Source of the DNA: Escherichia coli
GTDB lineage: Bacteria > Pseudomonadota > Gammaproteobacteria > Enterobacterales > Enterobacteriaceae
Length of the DNA: 64,000 nucleotides
NCBI RefSeq assembly: GCF_048403405.1
Contig: NZ_CP183129.1
Strand: one strand, 5' to 3'
Shown: positions 23,110-31,349 of the stretch, in pieces
Position numbering within the stretch: the stretch's first letter is position 1
Layout: every line of letters starts with the position of its first letter
Notes under the pieces: model-generated
Told to the model about the DNA's origin: nothing
Database searches by the model: none
Seen by the model: the letters and a program-made list of their open reading frames with translations, nothing else
Program-made: the position numbers and the translations under genes

Positions 23110-23667
23110 ATGGCTACTATCCCTACCCTTTCTCACCCTGACGTAACCATCGAAAATGGTCGCGCTGTCACTACGTCTGTTGCGGTTGCAGAGTTCTTCC
23201 GCAAAATGCACAAGGACGTTCTGCGCAAAATTGAAACGCTAGAATGCTCTGAAGATTTTAACGAGCGCAATTTTACGCCCGTTACCTACACCGACGCCAA
23301 AGGCGAAAAACGCCCCATGTACCAAATCACCAAAAACGGCTTCGTTTTCCTGGTGATGGGGTTCACAGGTAAAAAAGCCGCAACTTTCAAAGAAGCCTAC
23401 ATCGCTGAGTTCGATCGCATGGAGGAAGAACTGCGCCAGAATAACGCCCCGTCTCCCGACAAAATGATTCACGGGGACGGACGCACCCTGGTTATCCGTC
23501 TCGACGAACACGGCAATATCAAATTCACTGAAACCGTTCCTGACGGCGCAATGGTCTGCACCCTGGATACCTTCCGGTTTTATCTGGAGAAACAAGGATG
23601 GACTCTTGTAAACCGGAGCGCAATTAAAAATATGACTGTGGAGCAATTGCTAAAAATTCATTGTTGA
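23110..23667 (+). CDS. Rha-family phage regulatory protein / antirepressor-like (185 aa)
   Basis: VTTSVAVAEFFRKMHKDVLRKIETLECS...YTDAKGEKRPMYQITKNGFVFLVMGFTGKKAATFKEAYIAEF is a Phage_pRha-type N-terminal domain. Start at Met-100 of the track ORF, SD AAGAGG. Confidence 0.85.
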   Translation: MATIPTLSHPDVTIENGRAVTTSVAVAEFFRKMHKDVLRKIETLECSEDFNERNFTPVTYTDAKGEKRPMYQITKNGFVFLVMGFTGKKAATFKEAYIAEFDRMEEELRQNNAPSPDKMIHGDGRTLVIRLDEHGNIKFTETVPDGAMVCTLDTFRFYLEKQGWTLVNRSAIKNMTVEQLLKIHC

Positions 23668-23677
23668 GGACGCGATA

Positions 23678-23866
23678 ATGGAAACGTCACTACCAAACGT
23701 TAATACGTCTGACGGGTGCTTTAATATTGGTGTTCTGCTCAGTAACAGGGATTTCACCGAGGATGCAATCAATATGAGAAAATATGAACCCTACCTGCTG
23801 AATGACAATTCCATACTCTCCAGAATTGCCCTTCTTAAACTCGGTATTTTCGGAGAGTGGCGATGA
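23678..23866 (+). CDS. dicB: DicB cell-division inhibitor homologue
   Basis: LPNVNTSDGCFNIGVLLSNRDFTEDAIN parallels K-12 DicB LPNVNTSEGCFEIGVTISNPVFTEDAIN. Confidence 0.85.
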   Translation: METSLPNVNTSDGCFNIGVLLSNRDFTEDAINMRKYEPYLLNDNSILSRIALLKLGIFGEWR

Positions 23867-24066
23867 ACACATTATTCGTACTCATTCTGACTGTACATCT
23901 CAATACTGGTGAGTCGCTTGATGCAATCACCGGCATGTACAACTCAATGAAAGAATGCATGGCTGCCGCAGCGGAACAGAAAATTCCCGGCAACTGTTAT
24001 CCGGTCGATAAAGTTATTCACATGGACAATAACGAAATCCCGGCGGGGCTTAAAACAGCACCGTAA
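23863..24066 (+). CDS. ydfD: YdfD-like small membrane (lysis-associated) protein
   Basis: ECMAAAAEQKIPGNCYPVDKVIHMDNNEIPAGL parallels K-12 YdfD. ATGA overlap with the dicB stop. Confidence 0.75.
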   Translation: MNTLFVLILTVHLNTGESLDAITGMYNSMKECMAAAAEQKIPGNCYPVDKVIHMDNNEIPAGLKTAP

Positions 24067-24143
24067 TTAATATCCGGTTTCATTTTTATATGCCAGCAAT
24101 GGCAGGGATTTGTTCACCCTTAAATCTGTAATGAGGTTTATCA

Positions 24144-26600
24144 ATGAGCACTGATAAAGAAGAAATTGCACTATATTACGAAGCCAAAAATGACAAAATC
24201 AGAAAACGTCTTGGAATTAAAGGCGGTTTTTACTGGCGCACAGCAAAAAAATTATCGGTTGCAATATCACGCGGTGTTGTCGCAATGGACGATGCCGGAT
24301 TTGACAAAGAGGATTTTAAAAAACCTGTTCGCGTCCATTTACCCGTTGTGAATGACCTTCCTCCGGAAGGCGTGTTTGATACCGAATTCTGCAACCGATA
24401 CGAAAAGGGCGGTGAAGATGGTATCACAATGGTACTTATCGCGCCCTCGCCCTCTGTTCAGGATAAACCAGCCAGCACTGACAATACCAACGTCAACGGC
24501 GAAGACATGGCTGAGATTGAGGAGAACATGCTCCTGCCGGTTTCAGGTCAGATTCTGCCTGTTCGATGGCTGGCACAGCACGGCAGCGAAAAACCGATCA
24601 CACACGTTTCGCGGGACGAACTGCGCACATTACATAACGCACAGGATGAAAAACTTCCCGCCGTTACCGCGCTGGCCATCTCAAATAAAGCAGCGCAACT
24701 CGAACCGCTGGAAATTCGCGATCTCCACAAACTGGTTCGTGACACGGACAAAGTTTTCCCTAATCCTGGTAATTCAGACCTGGGACTGATGACTGCTTTT
24801 TTCGAAGCATACCTGGGCGCTGACTACACCGATCGCGGTCTGCTGACAAAAGAGTGGATGAAAGGAAATCGTGTTTCACGCATCACCCGCACGGCTTCCG
24901 GTGCTAATGCCGGTGGAGGGAACAAAACCGATCGCAATCCGAATTTAGTACACACCTTCGATACGCTGGATGTGGAGATTGCAGCGGCCACACTTCCGAT
25001 GGATTTTAATATTTATGAAATTCCGGGCAGCGTTTATCGTCGCGCAAAAGAAGTCGTCCGGAAGAAAGAAAGTCCGTTCAAAGAATGGTCCGCAGCACTT
25101 CGCGCAATCCCGGGTATCCTGGATTATTCCCGCGCCGCTATTTTTGCACTTATCCGAAGCGCACACCCTGAATTTTATCACTACCCGGGACGCCTTCAGG
25201 GGTATATCAACGCCTATTTGACGGAAACTGATCACGAGAACCCTACCGAGGAAACTCTCGCTGCTGCACGACATACACCGGAAAAAGATATCCTGGAAGA
25301 AGTTAACCGCGAACTGGCTGCTGAACGCGAAACAGAAGAAGAAAAAAATAATGAGGAAAAATCACAACCGTCTGACGCAATGGCAGATGAACAGGCAACG
25401 ACTGAAGCAATGGAGCCGAATACAACTGAACATCGCCAGGACACGCAATCGCTGGATACTCAGGCACAGATAGATCCGGTTAATCAGGTAAAAGTTACCG
25501 CTGACGAAGTAAACAAAATTATGCAGGCAGCCAATATCAGCCAGCCTGACGCCGATAAGTTGCTTGCGGCCTCTCGCGGAGAATTTGTTGCAGGGATTAG
25601 CGACCCGAATGATCCGAAATGGGTCAAGGGGATGGAAACCCGCGATTCTGTGAACCAGAACCAGCAAGAAACGGAACAGAACGGCCAGAAAGCGGAACAA
25701 AACAGCCCAAATGCGTTACAAAACGAGCCAGAAACGAAACAACCTGAACCAGTAGTGCAACAGGAACCGGAAAAGATCTGCACCGCCTGCGGTCAGACCG
25801 GCGGCGGCAACTGCCCTGATTGTGGCGCGGTGATGGGCGACGCAACATACCAGGAAACATTCAATGAAGAGAATCAGGTTGAAGTTCAGGAAAATGATCC
25901 GGAGGAAATGGAAGGCACTGAACATCCACACAAGGAGAACCCTGGCGGCAATCAGCATCACGATAGCGATAGTGAAACTGGCGAGGCGACAGATCACTCA
26001 GTTAAGGTGAACGGTCATCATAAAGGCACATCCACCAGCGGGACGTGTGACCATCTAATGATCGACCTTGAAACCATGGGAAAAAATCCAGATGCCCCGA
26101 TTATCTCAATAGGTGCAATATTTTTCGATCCGCAAACCGGAGATATGGGACCGGAATTTAGTAAGACTATCGATCTGGAAACTGCTGGCGGAGTCATTGA
26201 TCGGGACACCATTAAATGGTGGCTTAAGCAATCACGCGAAGCGCAATCTGCCATTATGACCGATGAAATCCCGTTAGATGATGCACTGTTACAATTGCGG
26301 GAATTTATCGACGAAAACTCCGGCGAATTTTTTGTTCAGGTCTGGGGAAATGGAGCCAACTTCGACAACACGATTTTGCGCCGTTCATACGAACGGCAGG
26401 GGATCCCCTGCCCGTGGCGTTACTACAACGATCGCGATGTACGCACAATCGTTGAGCTGGGGAAAGCCATAGACTTCGATGCCAGAACGGCTATTCCATT
26501 CGAAGGTGAGCGCCATAATGCACTTGATGACGCCCGTTACCAGGCAAAATACGTTTCAGTTATCTGGCAAAAACTGATCCCGAGTCAGGCTGATTTTTAA
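24144..26600 (+). CDS. RecE N-terminal-region homologue fused to a DEDDh (DnaQ-like) 3'-5' exonuclease domain (818 aa)
   Basis: Residues ~110-590 parallel Rac RecE (NTNVNGEDM.EIEENMLLP.SGQ..P.RWLAQHGSEKP.THVSRD, DKLLAASRGEFV.GISDPNDPKWVKG, C.ACGQTGG.NCPDCGAVMGDATYQETF). The C-terminus has DLETMG, WGNGANFD and HNALDDARYQA motifs. Confidence 0.8.
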   Translation: MSTDKEEIALYYEAKNDKIRKRLGIKGGFYWRTAKKLSVAISRGVVAMDDAGFDKEDFKKPVRVHLPVVNDLPPEGVFDTEFCNRYEKGGEDGITMVLIAPSPSVQDKPASTDNTNVNGEDMAEIEENMLLPVSGQILPVRWLAQHGSEKPITHVSRDELRTLHNAQDEKLPAVTALAISNKAAQLEPLEIRDLHKLVRDTDKVFPNPGNSDLGLMTAFFEAYLGADYTDRGLLTKEWMKGNRVSRITRTASGANAGGGNKTDRNPNLVHTFDTLDVEIAAATLPMDFNIYEIPGSVYRRAKEVVRKKESPFKEWSAALRAIPGILDYSRAAIFALIRSAHPEFYHYPGRLQGYINAYLTETDHENPTEETLAAARHTPEKDILEEVNRELAAERETEEEKNNEEKSQPSDAMADEQATTEAMEPNTTEHRQDTQSLDTQAQIDPVNQVKVTADEVNKIMQAANISQPDADKLLAASRGEFVAGISDPNDPKWVKGMETRDSVNQNQQETEQNGQKAEQNSPNALQNEPETKQPEPVVQQEPEKICTACGQTGGGNCPDCGAVMGDATYQETFNEENQVEVQENDPEEMEGTEHPHKENPGGNQHHDSDSETGEATDHSVKVNGHHKGTSTSGTCDHLMIDLETMGKNPDAPIISIGAIFFDPQTGDMGPEFSKTIDLETAGGVIDRDTIKWWLKQSREAQSAIMTDEIPLDDALLQLREFIDENSGEFFVQVWGNGANFDNTILRRSYERQGIPCPWRYYNDRDVRTIVELGKAIDFDARTAIPFEGERHNALDDARYQAKYVSVIWQKLIPSQADF

Positions 26601-26661
26601 TGTTCAACCGTCGCCAGTTGTCGTTGATATTCTGCAACTGGCGCGTTCCGGAGTGATAGCC

Positions 26662-26931
26662 ATGAGCGAACAGTACCTGATAACGCTCGACGAGTGGAAA
26701 CCAAAACGGTTCAGTCTCCCAATAACAAACACTACCCTGGTGAAATACGGAAAACTAGGATACATCGTTCCAAGACCACAAAAAATTCGTGGGCGTTGGC
26801 TGATAGATCGCCGAGCAGTATTTGTTGGGCCTGGTGAAACGGGAATTGCGCCGGAAATTCATACTGGCGATGATGATGCACTGAAGGAGATTTTAACTCA
26901 TGTCACCGAGGCCACGAAAAAACAGCACTGA
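26662..26931 (+). CDS. xis: Excisionase (lambda Xis-like)
   Basis: YLITLDEW...TLVKYGKLGYIVPRPQKIRGRWLIDRRAV resembles lambda Xis YLTLQEW...VRRWVRECRIFPPPVKDGREYLFHESAV. Overlaps the int start. Confidence 0.8.
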   Translation: MSEQYLITLDEWKPKRFSLPITNTTLVKYGKLGYIVPRPQKIRGRWLIDRRAVFVGPGETGIAPEIHTGDDDALKEILTHVTEATKKQH

Positions 26932-28018
26932 CGTAGCCGGTCTTTACGAAAAGTTTGATCGCAGAACTGGCAGAGTTTACTACCAGTATAAAAATCCTGT
27001 GACTGGAAAATTTCACGGACTCGGAACAGACAAAGGTAAGGCAGAAAAAATCGCTTCCACAGCCAATCAGCGAATAGCTGCAGCAGAAGCTGAATATTTC
27101 ATGCGCAAAATTGATGAAAGTCCGTCAGCAACAAAACGTCGGGGTATCAGATTAAAGGCATGGGTTGATCGATATCTGAAAATACAGGACACGCGACTGA
27201 AAAATGGAGATATTGCAGCTACAACTCACAAAGAAAAAACTCGAATGGCTGCATACCTGGTTTCCCGTCTGGGAAACCACCCATTGAAAGAACTGGAAGT
27301 AAGAGACTTTGCATTAATACTGGATGAGTGGCTGGATAAAGACATGGTCAGCACAGCGAGAGTAAATCGTGGATTATGGGTTGATATTTATAAAGAAGCA
27401 CAGCATGCAGGGGAAGTTCCTCCTGGATGGAATCCTCCGGAGGCTACCCGTAAACCGATCCCTAAAGTAACCAGAGCCAGGCTCACCATGGAAGACTGGC
27501 AAAAAATTTACAATGCAACGCCTGAAAAACACTTTATCCGTAACGCAATGCTTCTTGCGATTGTTACTGGTCAGCGCCGTGATGACATTTGCCACATGCG
27601 TTTTTCAGATGTGTGGAACGAACACTTGCATATCACCCAGGGAAAAACCGGAATGCGTCTGGCGTTACCGCTTACACTACGCTGTGATGCCATTGGGATA
27701 ACGTTAAAAGAAGTTATTGATGGGTGCCGAGACAGAATATTAAGTCCATATCTAATCCATAGTCGGCACCAGAAACAACCGAAGCCGATGAGTAAAGACA
27801 ACCTGAGCGACTACTTTGCCAAAGCACGGGATCTGGCTGGGATAATTCCACCAGCAGGAAAAACTCCGCCAACATTTCATGAACAACGCTCTCTATCAGA
27901 ACGGCTGTACCGTGCACAGGGTATCGATACAAAAACATTACTAGGACATAAAGTCCAGGCAACCACCGATCGCTATAACGATACTCGAGGTCAGGAATGG
28001 GTTAAGTTGGTTATTTGA
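26900..28018 (+). CDS. int: Tyrosine integrase (lambda Int family)
   Basis: C-terminal HEQRSLSERLY...LLGHKVQATTDRYNDTRGQEW parallels lambda Int HELRSLSARLY...LLGHKSDTMASQYRDDRGREW. Confidence 0.9.
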   Translation: MSPRPRKNSTDVAGLYEKFDRRTGRVYYQYKNPVTGKFHGLGTDKGKAEKIASTANQRIAAAEAEYFMRKIDESPSATKRRGIRLKAWVDRYLKIQDTRLKNGDIAATTHKEKTRMAAYLVSRLGNHPLKELEVRDFALILDEWLDKDMVSTARVNRGLWVDIYKEAQHAGEVPPGWNPPEATRKPIPKVTRARLTMEDWQKIYNATPEKHFIRNAMLLAIVTGQRRDDICHMRFSDVWNEHLHITQGKTGMRLALPLTLRCDAIGITLKEVIDGCRDRILSPYLIHSRHQKQPKPMSKDNLSDYFAKARDLAGIIPPAGKTPPTFHEQRSLSERLYRAQGIDTKTLLGHKVQATTDRYNDTRGQEWVKLVI

Positions 28019-28184
28019 CAAACACCATATGGAATATCCGTCACCATCTCAGGAAAAAAGTGTTGTAAAATGCGTGGCCTAGTTTTGGGGAAACGTTTTG
28101 GAGAGATTTTGGAGAAAGGAAAAAATTGAATAAATTCAAAATCCTGAAAGTGCTCCACCTTATGAATAAGAAGGTGGAACTCGA
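28019..28184. other. Prophage/chromosome junction (att region) containing the last potB codons (..NKKVELE stop)
   Basis: AATAAGAAGGTGGAACTCGAATGA overlaps the potC ATG as at the K-12 potB/potC junction. No upstream potB body is present. The exact core cannot be defined without the other junction. Confidence 0.45.
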
Positions 28185-28979
28185 ATGATCGGTCGACTGC
28201 TTCGCGGCGGTTTTATGACCGCTATCTACGCGTACCTGTATATTCCAATCATTATTTTGATTGTGAACTCGTTCAACAGCTCGCGCTTTGGCATCAACTG
28301 GCAGGGTTTTACCACTAAATGGTATAGCCTGCTGATGAACAACGACAGTCTGTTGCAGGCAGCTCAGCATTCATTGACGATGGCGGTGTTTTCAGCGACG
28401 TTTGCTACGCTTATCGGTTCACTGACTGCAGTTGCGCTGTACCGTTATCGCTTTCGCGGTAAACCGTTCGTTAGCGGAATGCTGTTCGTGGTGATGATGT
28501 CGCCAGATATTGTGATGGCGATTTCGCTGCTGGTGCTGTTTATGCTGCTGGGTATTCAGCTTGGCTTCTGGTCGCTGCTGTTCTCGCATATCACCTTCTG
28601 CCTGCCATTTGTGGTGGTGACAGTGTATTCGCGCCTGAAAGGTTTTGACGTGCGAATGCTGGAAGCGGCGAAAGATCTCGGTGCCAGCGAATTTACCATT
28701 CTGCGAAAAATCATTCTGCCACTGGCAATGCCAGCGGTAGCGGCGGGCTGGGTGTTAAGCTTTACCCTGTCGATGGACGATGTAGTAGTTTCTTCGTTCG
28801 TCACCGGACCAAGCTATGAAATTCTGCCGTTAAAAATTTATTCGATGGTCAAAGTCGGCGTATCGCCGGAAGTTAACGCGCTGGCAACCATATTACTGGT
28901 GCTGTCGCTGGTGATGGTAATTGCCAGCCAGCTTATTGCTCGTGATAAAACGAAAGGTAACACAGGGGACGTTAAATGA
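28185..28979 (+). CDS. potC: Spermidine/putrescine ABC transporter permease PotC
   Basis: 264 aa; the sequence and synteny match K-12 PotC. Confidence 0.95.
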   Translation: MIGRLLRGGFMTAIYAYLYIPIIILIVNSFNSSRFGINWQGFTTKWYSLLMNNDSLLQAAQHSLTMAVFSATFATLIGSLTAVALYRYRFRGKPFVSGMLFVVMMSPDIVMAISLLVLFMLLGIQLGFWSLLFSHITFCLPFVVVTVYSRLKGFDVRMLEAAKDLGASEFTILRKIILPLAMPAVAAGWVLSFTLSMDDVVVSSFVTGPSYEILPLKIYSMVKVGVSPEVNALATILLVLSLVMVIASQLIARDKTKGNTGDVK

Positions 28980-30022
28980 AAAAATGGTCACGCCACCTGC
29001 TCGCGGCGGGTGCTCTGGCACTGGGCATGAGCGCCGCTCACGCCGATGACAACAACACGCTGTATTTCTACAACTGGACCGAGTACGTGCCGCCAGGACT
29101 GCTTGAGCAGTTCACCAAAGAAACCGGTATTAAGGTTATCTATTCGACTTACGAGTCGAACGAAACCATGTACGCGAAGCTGAAAACGTACAAAGACGGT
29201 GCCTATGACCTGGTGGTTCCTTCAACCTATTACGTCGATAAAATGCGTAAAGAAGGGATGATCCAGAAGATCGACAAGTCGAAGTTAAGCAACTTCAGCA
29301 ACCTCGATCCAGACATGCTCAACAAGCCGTTTGACCCGAATAACGACTACTCCATTCCGTATATCTGGGGGGCGACGGCGATTGGCGTTAACGGTGATGC
29401 GGTAGATCCGAAATCCGTTACCAGCTGGGCCGATCTGTGGAAGCCTGAGTACAAAGGCAGCCTGCTGCTGACCGACGATGCCCGTGAAGTGTTCCAGATG
29501 GCGCTGCGCAAACTGGGCTACTCCGGTAACACTACCGATCCGAAAGAGATTGAAGCTGCATATAACGAGTTGAAAAAACTGATGCCAAACGTCGCGGCGT
29601 TTAACTCCGATAACCCCGCTAACCCGTATATGGAAGGCGAAGTTAACCTCGGCATGATCTGGAACGGTTCTGCTTTCGTTGCACGCCAGGCGGGTACGCC
29701 AATTGATGTGGTGTGGCCGAAAGAAGGCGGCATTTTCTGGATGGACAGCCTGGCGATCCCGGCAAATGCCAAAAACAAAGAAGGCGCGCTGAAATTGATC
29801 AACTTCCTGCTGCGCCCGGATGTGGCAAAACAGGTTGCAGAAACTATCGGTTATCCAACGCCAAACCTTGCGGCGCGTAAGCTGTTAAGTCCGGAAGTGG
29901 CGAACGATAAAACGCTCTACCCGGATGCTGAAACCATTAAAAATGGTGAATGGCAGAATGACGTTGGCGCAGCCAGCAGCATTTATGAAGAGTATTATCA
30001 GAAGCTGAAAGCAGGACGTTAA
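28976..30022 (+). CDS. potD: Spermidine/putrescine-binding periplasmic protein PotD
   Basis: 348 aa with a signal peptide; matches K-12 PotD. Confidence 0.95.
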   Translation: MKKWSRHLLAAGALALGMSAAHADDNNTLYFYNWTEYVPPGLLEQFTKETGIKVIYSTYESNETMYAKLKTYKDGAYDLVVPSTYYVDKMRKEGMIQKIDKSKLSNFSNLDPDMLNKPFDPNNDYSIPYIWGATAIGVNGDAVDPKSVTSWADLWKPEYKGSLLLTDDAREVFQMALRKLGYSGNTTDPKEIEAAYNELKKLMPNVAAFNSDNPANPYMEGEVNLGMIWNGSAFVARQAGTPIDVVWPKEGGIFWMDSLAIPANAKNKEGALKLINFLLRPDVAKQVAETIGYPTPNLAARKLLSPEVANDKTLYPDAETIKNGEWQNDVGAASSIYEEYYQKLKAGR

Positions 30023-30030
30023 TTCAGCAA

Positions 30031-30059
30031 GCGGGCGGTGGTATTACCGCCCGTTTTTT
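30031..30059 (+). terminator. potABCD operon terminator
   Basis: GCGGGCGGT-loop-ACCGCCCG followed by TTTTTT. Confidence 0.75.
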
Positions 30060-30079
30060 ATTTAGCAAGGATGTGGCTA

Positions 30080-30541
30080 ATGAGTCAGGACAGTAGAGTT
30101 TTCTTTCGTATATTCCTCGGTATCGGTCTGGTACTGATCCTCATTTCTGTTGTTGTCTTTTATAACCAGTTCACCTATAGCAAAGACGCGATTCATACTG
30201 AAGGCGTCATTGTTGATACCGTCTGGCACTCCAGTCATTCTCATCGCACGGGTAAAAATGGTTCGTGGTATCCCGTCGTTGCCTTTCGTCCAACGCCAGA
30301 TTACACGCTAATTTTCAATTCGAGTATTGGCAGCGATTTTTATGAAGACAGCGAAGGCGATAAAGTTAATGTTTATTATTCTCCAGGACATCCTGAAAAG
30401 GCTGAGATAAATAACCCGTGGGTTAATTTTTTTAAATGGGGATTTATCGGCATTATGGGCGTTATTTTTATCTCCGTCGGTTTATTAATCAGTATGCCCT
30501 ACTCTAAAAAGACACGCAGGAAACGGAAGTCCCGCCCATGA
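30080..30541 (+). CDS. ymfA: Inner membrane protein YmfA
   Basis: 153 aa from MSQDSRVFF; synteny with K-12. Confidence 0.8.
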   Translation: MSQDSRVFFRIFLGIGLVLILISVVVFYNQFTYSKDAIHTEGVIVDTVWHSSHSHRTGKNGSWYPVVAFRPTPDYTLIFNSSIGSDFYEDSEGDKVNVYYSPGHPEKAEINNPWVNFFKWGFIGIMGVIFISVGLLISMPYSKKTRRKRKSRP

Positions 30542-31323
30542 AAAAAATCATATTATTGCTCAGTTTACTGATACTCCTGCCTCTGACGGCAACCAGTAAT
30601 CCATTGATTCCAATAATGAAGACTCTTTTTACAGATGTTACAGGTACTGTACCAGATGCTGAAGAGATCGCGCATAAAGCCGAGCTTTTTCGCCAACAAA
30701 CCGGGATTGCGCCGTTTATCGTGGTTGTACCTGGCGTTAATGAAGCAAGCTTCAGGCAAAATGGCAAAGCGATGCTGGCGCATGCGTCATCTTCATTGAG
30801 TGATGTAAAAGGCAGCGTCCTGTTACTTTTTACCACCCGCGAGCCACGGTTAATTATGATAACCAACGGCCAGGTTGAAAGCGGTCTGGACGATAAACAT
30901 CTCGGCCTTCTGGTAGAAAATCACACTCAGGCTTATTTACATGCGGACCTCTGGTATCAGGGAATCAATAATGCATTGGCTGTTTTACAAGCACAGATAT
31001 TAAAACAACCGACGCCGCCACTGACATATTATCCGCATCCCGGACAACAGCAGGAGAATGATCCTCCCGGCAGTACCACGATATTAGGTCTTTTTGCCTG
31101 GGCAGTTGCATTCATCGTCTTTACTGCATTTTTTTACTACACGACGCGCCTTAATTATGCATTAAAGTTTGCAGTGGCGATGACTATTGCCAATATGGGT
31201 TATCAGGCTTTATGCCTGTATATCGATAATAGCTTTGCGATTACCAGAATATCGCCACTCTGGGCAGGACTGATTGGTGTCTGTACGTTTATTGCCGCGT
31301 TGTTATTGACGAGTAAACGGTAA
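30538..31323 (+). CDS. ycfZ: Inner membrane protein YcfZ
   Basis: 261 aa; synteny with K-12. Confidence 0.85.
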   Translation: MKKIILLLSLLILLPLTATSNPLIPIMKTLFTDVTGTVPDAEEIAHKAELFRQQTGIAPFIVVVPGVNEASFRQNGKAMLAHASSSLSDVKGSVLLLFTTREPRLIMITNGQVESGLDDKHLGLLVENHTQAYLHADLWYQGINNALAVLQAQILKQPTPPLTYYPHPGQQQENDPPGSTTILGLFAWAVAFIVFTAFFYYTTRLNYALKFAVAMTIANMGYQALCLYIDNSFAITRISPLWAGLIGVCTFIAALLLTSKR

Positions 31324-31349
31324 AAGAGGCAGTAAAGTGTGCGTCTATT

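Larger units (their letters stand above)
1..28184. mobile_element. Lambdoid prophage, right-hand ~28 kb (head protease through int); left end lies outside the window
   Basis: Contiguous lambda-order modules: minus strand gpC/gpB/W/gpA/Nu1, cos, Rz/Rz1, endolysin, holin, Q, RusA, P, O, Cro-like; plus strand repressor, xis, int. Int stop at 28018 is followed by the last potB codons and an intact potC. Confidence 0.9.
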
